From assembly GCA_963666285.1 (NCBI GenBank), contig OY762711.1: 64,000 bases of DNA. One strand, written 5' to 3'. Each line of letters opens with the position of its first letter. Positions within the stretch are counted from its first letter, which is position 1. This document shows, piece after piece, positions 59,419 to 64,000 of the stretch. The DNA comes from Sedimentisphaerales bacterium. Its GTDB lineage: Bacteria; Planctomycetota; Phycisphaerae; Sedimentisphaerales; SM23-30. Position numbers and translations under genes: made by a program. The notes beneath the pieces are model-generated. The model was not told where the DNA came from, ran no database searches, and saw only the letters and a program-made list of their open reading frames with translations.

Positions 59419-59640
59419 TTACTTACCTGAACCTGTTAATCTGTCAAGTGCAGATTGAGCGTCCGTATCTCCCTGCTCCGCCGCTTTGCGATACCATTTC
59501 ACAGCCTCAGTATAGTTTTGTTCATCATAATATTCTAATCCTAAATTAAAACACTCTTCTTTGGATTTGGCGGCATAAGACTGTTCACTAATTCCTAAAA
59601 CCAATGCTGACACTATCAATATAATACTTACTTTTTTCAT
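59419..59640 (-). CDS. Small secreted Sel1-repeat protein (single repeat, possibly truncated)
   Basis: Signal peptide; FNLGLEY..QNYTEAVKWYRKAAEQGDTDAQ. Confidence 0.7.
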   Translation of the reverse strand: MKKVSIILIVSALVLGISEQSYAAKSKEECFNLGLEYYDEQNYTEAVKWYRKAAEQGDTDAQSALDRLTGSGK

Positions 59641-59739
59641 TACTGATTTATCCTTTTCCTTGATTTTTATGCTATTATATACTTATTGCCGCTTCTGGCA
59701 ATATTATTATGGCAGTAGCCACACAGCCATACCCCAAAG

Positions 59740-60196
59740 CCCTGCCGATTTCTTCGATTATTCCATGGCCAATCGTACCTATCGATATTTCAAAGGTGAG
59801 CCGCTATATGCCTTTGGTTATGGCCTGAGCTATACAACTTTCGATTACAGCGAGATTGAATTGTCTGATAAGATTGTCAAAACTGACGGCAGTATTAAGG
59901 TCAGTGTAAAAGTAAAAAATACCGGCAAAGTTGACGGCGAAGAGGTCGTCCAGCTATATCTCCGTCATATAGACTCACCCGTACCTCAGCCGATCCATAG
60001 CCTCGCCGGTTTCAAGCGAGTTGCTATTGCCTCTGGAAAATCAGAAACAGTTGAGTTCGAACTGCCTGATTCCTCTCTGCGATATTGGGATACCGATGCC
60101 GGTAAATATGTTGTCCCAACCGGCAGGTTCGAGGTCCAGGTTGGCTCGTCTTCTGACAATATCCGTCAGAAAGCTGCCTGCGTTGCTGTTAAATAA
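59740..60196 (+). pseudogene. C-terminal remnant of a GH3 beta-glucosidase/xylosidase (Fn3-like domain)
   Basis: DYSMANRTYRYF.GEPLYAFGYGLSYTTF, VKNTG..DGEEVVQLY, LAGFKRV; catalytic N-terminal domains absent. Confidence 0.8.
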
Positions 60197-60609
60197 TTTC
60201 GAAGTGGATTATGTTTTGCTAAATGAAAAAGTTCTGACTGATATTGGGGCTTTTTTCTTTTTCATTACCGACGAAAACACTTGAGTTATCGGAATATAGT
60301 CTGAATTTATAATGAAATATATTTGAATAAATGCATTTTGGTGAAATGTCGCTGTAAATTCTGGAAAGTAAGATTTGTGACATTTGTTTCACTTCACCTG
60401 TGTGTAATATTAAAATAATGCCTGGTTTGTGAAATATATTTCCGGATCCCCTAACTTGTCGTTACAGTAATTTCATAATTTAGTTCTCTTCTGATTATCG
60501 TAAGCAATTGCATATCGTTGTCTTCAAAATTATATTCTAAACTGCTTTTCATCTTTTCCGATAGTACAATCAACAAGAGGTAAGAATGTTTTTTTATTAG
60601 GAGGAGAAG

Positions 60610-62523
60610 ATGGAATCTGATCTTCAAGCTGTAACTGAAAATTTGAATTATATCTGGGTATTGATGTGTGCGGGACTGGTATTCTTTATGCAGGCTGGTT
60701 TTATGTGTGTTGAATCCGGGTTGGCTCGTGCCAAGAATTCTATTAATGTTGCGATCAAGAATATGGCCGATTTCGTGCTTGCCACAATCCTGTTCTGGTT
60801 TGTTGGCTTTGGCATTATGTTCGGCAAAAGCTGGAATGGCTGGTTTGGCACTTCAGAGTTTATGATCAACCTGGACAATACCTGGGAAATTGCTTTTATG
60901 ACTTTCCAGATTGTGTTCGTTGGTACCGCTGCGACTATCGATTCCGGTGCTGTTGCCGAACGAACCAAGTTCATGTCTTATCTTATTCTTTCTGCCATTG
61001 TTTCTTCACTTATATACCCGGTATTCGGTCATTGGGCCTGGGGTAGTCTATTCTTCAACGATCAGGCAGGATGGCTCGAAAATATGGGCTTCAAGGATTT
61101 CGCCGGGTCAACTGTTGTCCATTCTGTCGGTGGCTGGGTTGCTCTTGCCGGTGTTATTATTATTGGTCCGAGAATGGACAAGTACGATGAAAACGGTAAT
61201 CCCAGGAAGCTGCATCCGCACAATATGCCGCTCACTTATCTTGGCACATTCATTCTTATTTTTGGCTGGTTCGGCTTTAATTGCGGCAGTACCCTTGCTG
61301 CTACAAAAGATATCGCACCAATTGCCTTTAACACCATTCTTTCCGGCTGTTTCGGTTGTGTGGTTTCTTCTGCTCTCAGTACTTTATTCAGCCATGACAA
61401 ACACCCGGAAGGTGAGATGATCGCCAACGGCGTTCTCGGCGGGCTGGTCGGTATTACTGCCGGTTGTGCCTTTGTCGAATCTACCGGTGCTATGTATATT
61501 GGTATAGGCTCAGGCTTTGTGGTATATTTTGGTTCACTTTTTATCGAAAGAGTTCTAAAGCTTGATGATGTGGTAGGAGCGATTGCGGTTCATGGTCTTT
61601 GCGGGGCGTGGGGAACAATTGCTGTTGGACTTTTTATCACCGATGCGAATCTCGGCGAACTTACCAGGCTTCAGCAGCTATGGGCACAATGCGTTGGCGT
61701 GGTAACGGCTTTCTTCTGGACTTTCATCACGAGCTTTATCATTATCAAACTGATCTCAATGTTTAACGGTGGTATGCGGGTTTCTCGCGAAGATGAACTC
61801 ATGGGGCTGAATGTTGCCGAACATGGAGCATCATCTTCTATTCTGGAACTTGCCAACGCAATGGACAAGGCTACCCGCACCGGAGATTTCTCCGAAGCTG
61901 TTAAGATCACCGAAGAAGTTGGCACCGAAGCCGGTGATCTCGCTCGCGGTTTCAATCTCATGGTCGATACTGTCCGTTCTGCTCTCGAAAGAACTCAGCA
62001 GCAGGTAATCGCAGTCAGCAAAGCCCAAGAGGAAAGTAGGAATATGCACGAACAGCTCGAGAGTAACCAGCTTGAATATTCGACCAGGATCGAGCAGATC
62101 GCATCGAATCTCAACGCTATGATTGCTGAACTTGATAACTCTATGGCTGTTATCGCCGGTGCCGCTGATAATGTCGGAGTAAATGCTACCGATCTCCAAT
62201 CTCAAATCGATTCTATCCATAAGTCTTTGAAGAAGATCGACGAGATATCAAATACTATCAACCTGATATCTATGAACGCGATGGTTGAAGCTGCCAGGGC
62301 CGGCGAGTCCGGCAGAAGCTTCGCGGTTGTCGCGACAAACATGAAAAAACTTGCCGGAAATTCCAATGATATTACTCAGGAAATTCATAATATTGCTGAT
62401 GGCATATTTAATAAGCTTAACGATGTTCTGAATAGTATACGCGAACAAATTGAAATTGCCGGTAAAGGCAAAGAGTCAATTTTGAATGCTAATGTCCTTG
62501 TTAGTAATCTTATTAAAGAATAA
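60610..62523 (+). CDS. Ammonium transporter (Amt) fused to a methyl-accepting chemotaxis signalling domain
   Basis: FMQAGF, SGAVAER, DFAGSTVVH, WFGFN, DDVVGAIAVHG; C-terminal INLISMNAMVEAARAGESGRSFAVVA. Confidence 0.9.
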   Translation: MESDLQAVTENLNYIWVLMCAGLVFFMQAGFMCVESGLARAKNSINVAIKNMADFVLATILFWFVGFGIMFGKSWNGWFGTSEFMINLDNTWEIAFMTFQIVFVGTAATIDSGAVAERTKFMSYLILSAIVSSLIYPVFGHWAWGSLFFNDQAGWLENMGFKDFAGSTVVHSVGGWVALAGVIIIGPRMDKYDENGNPRKLHPHNMPLTYLGTFILIFGWFGFNCGSTLAATKDIAPIAFNTILSGCFGCVVSSALSTLFSHDKHPEGEMIANGVLGGLVGITAGCAFVESTGAMYIGIGSGFVVYFGSLFIERVLKLDDVVGAIAVHGLCGAWGTIAVGLFITDANLGELTRLQQLWAQCVGVVTAFFWTFITSFIIIKLISMFNGGMRVSREDELMGLNVAEHGASSSILELANAMDKATRTGDFSEAVKITEEVGTEAGDLARGFNLMVDTVRSALERTQQQVIAVSKAQEESRNMHEQLESNQLEYSTRIEQIASNLNAMIAELDNSMAVIAGAADNVGVNATDLQSQIDSIHKSLKKIDEISNTINLISMNAMVEAARAGESGRSFAVVATNMKKLAGNSNDITQEIHNIADGIFNKLNDVLNSIREQIEIAGKGKESILNANVLVSNLIKE

Positions 62524-62617
62524 TTATTGTAATAGGTTAGTCTATTAAAAACAAACTGTTACAACGCGGCTACTGTATATGACGACACACTAAAATCTAC
62601 TTTTTCATTAATACGGC

Positions 62618-62663
62618 TTGACATCTGACTACGCTTGTAGTATGTTAGACTACAGACGTAGTC
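62618..62663 (+). promoter_or_regulatory. Sigma70-type promoter overlapped by two BlaI/CopY-type operators
   Basis: TTGACA(62618)-N17-TATGTT; dyads ACTACGCTTGTAGT and GACTACAGACGTAGTC. Confidence 0.75.
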
Positions 62664-62723
62664 ATTTGTTTTTTTATTTAAACATGCCGATGGCTTGCTT
62701 GAGTTTTTAAGGAAGTGTGCCGT

Positions 62724-63116
62724 ATGAGTGAAAAAAATCAGTCTTTAGGCCAGCTGGAGCTGGAAGTATTAAAAATCGTATGGGAAAAACAGGGTTGTTC
62801 TGTCCCCGAAGCGGCCGAGATTCTGTCCGGTCAAAAAGGATATGCTCGCACAACAATTCTCACTATCTTTCAGCGTTTGCACAAAAAAGGATTTCTTAAC
62901 CGAAGGAAAAAGGCCGGTATATTCTGCTACTACCCGACTCAGCAGAAAAACGATGTGCTCGGCAATCTCGCTCAGCAGTTTGTCCGAAATATCTTCGAAG
63001 GTTCTCCTTCCGGGCTCGTCCAACACCTCACTAAATCTAATGTCTCTGCCGATGAGCTTGCCCGCATGCGTCAGATCATTGATGATGCCTTAGCAGCAGA
63101 AGGGGGCAAATCATGA
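62724..63116 (+). CDS. BlaI/MecI/CopY-family repressor
   Basis: LELEVLKIVWE, YARTTILTIFQRLHKKGFL, F.GS...LV.HL. Confidence 0.9.
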   Translation: MSEKNQSLGQLELEVLKIVWEKQGCSVPEAAEILSGQKGYARTTILTIFQRLHKKGFLNRRKKAGIFCYYPTQQKNDVLGNLAQQFVRNIFEGSPSGLVQHLTKSNVSADELARMRQIIDDALAAEGGKS

Positions 63117-63226
63117 ACTTTGTTCAGGATTTTCTTTCTTCCGGTTATGCCGCCGACCTGGCTGTTGCCCTTATCCATACTCTCTGGCTGGGCGTTATTA
63201 TTGCTCTCGCTCTATTCGCTTCTTGA
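63113..63226 (+). pseudogene. Truncated BlaR1/peptidase M56 N-terminus
   Basis: ATGA overlap with the repressor gene; MNFVQDFLSSGYAADLAVALIHTLWLGVIIALALFAS* then an abrupt switch to AT-rich DNA. Confidence 0.7.
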
Positions 63227-63561
63227 AATTATATCCAACTTTTTAAAATGTAAACCAAAAATTTGCTATATAGCATTATAATATATTACAAACACGAAAC
63301 TTATGATATTTTTTTAAGATATATGGAGGGAGATTCTTATCTATGGACCTTGAAAATGTCGATTTTCAAGCGTAGTCGGCAATCACAAATCGTTTTTAAT
63401 CAAATAGGCCTTTATAACAATAGATTTATGGGATAATACCTTAAAATGATATGCCGGATAGTAAATTTGAATTATTTTTTAAAATTAATGTCTTAATTTT
63501 GCTCATTAAGACCCTATAGCAATAGAAGTCTAAATTCTAAATTACGTTAGTTTATTTGGTA

Positions 63562-64000
63562 TGTCTGGTCCTGTGATAAGTTGTCACATTATAGATTTAA
63601 TGTTTTAACAAATAACAGGAGACAACAATGTTGGTAAGTAAACGAACTTATAATCGCTACAGCGAAGCCTTTAAATTACAGGTGGTAAATGATCTTGAAT
63701 CTGGTAAGCTAAGCAGTATTTATGAGGCTAATTCCCGCTATGGGATTTCTGGTACAACAACAGTAAAGAGTTGGCTAAGAAAATATGGCCGTAACCATTT
63801 GATACCAAAGGTGATACGCGTGGAAAAACTAGATGAACAAGATCATGTAAAGAAGTTAGAATCAGAGATTAAGCAGCTTAAAGAAGCGTTAGCAGACAGC
63901 CATATAGAGAATATTGTAAGTGAAGCCAGGTTTCAGGTTATTTGTAAAGAATACGGGCTGGATCCCGAGGAGTATAAAAAAAAAGTCGATACCAAACGGT
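63562..64000 (+). mobile_element. Left end of an IS3-family element (runs off window)
   Basis: Candidate TG... left end at 63562; OrfA downstream; A9G slippery site at 63976-63985. Confidence 0.7.
63628..64000 (+). CDS. IS3-family transposase OrfA (HTH), partial
   Basis: AGGAG RBS; MLVSKRTYNRYSEAFKLQVV...YGISGTTTVKSWLRKYG...LESEIKQLKEALA. Confidence 0.8.
   Translation, partial: MLVSKRTYNRYSEAFKLQVVNDLESGKLSSIYEANSRYGISGTTTVKSWLRKYGRNHLIPKVIRVEKLDEQDHVKKLESEIKQLKEALADSHIENIVSEARFQVICKEYGLDPEEYKKKVDTKR

Overview
AT-rich 64 kb bacterial window. Dockerin-like/LamG/CotH and GLUG secreted proteins suggest an anaerobic planctomycete (Phycisphaerae/Sedimentisphaerales-like); this is an inference. 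In order it holds: diguanylate cyclases; a GTDC1/DUF3524-type glycosyltransferase; a 4-hydroxyproline catabolic operon; a large LamG/CotH secreted protein; a hexuronate operon with a LarA-family epimerase and gnd but no uxuA; otsAB plus GH15; a DUF134/NifX/Mrp Fe-S operon; and a DtxR-FeoA/feoB locus. A ~6 kb mosaic of repeats and hairpins (40.7-46.9 kb) carries two identical IS110-family (IS1111-type) elements, each inserted at the AAAT core of a CACGAAA repeat, with an empty copy of the same target nearby. The non-coding DNA downstream of each transposase forms a stem/internal-loop structure matching both halves of that target (bridge/seekRNA-like), and joining the element ends would create a promoter. 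Further on are two GLUG/PASTA proteins sharing near-identical end segments, two copies of a ~160 bp MITE, a bacterial histone with a Lys/Ala/Pro-rich N-terminal tail, an Amt-MCP fusion, BlaI with a truncated BlaR1, and the left end of an IS3-family element. No rRNA, tRNA or CRISPR array was seen.
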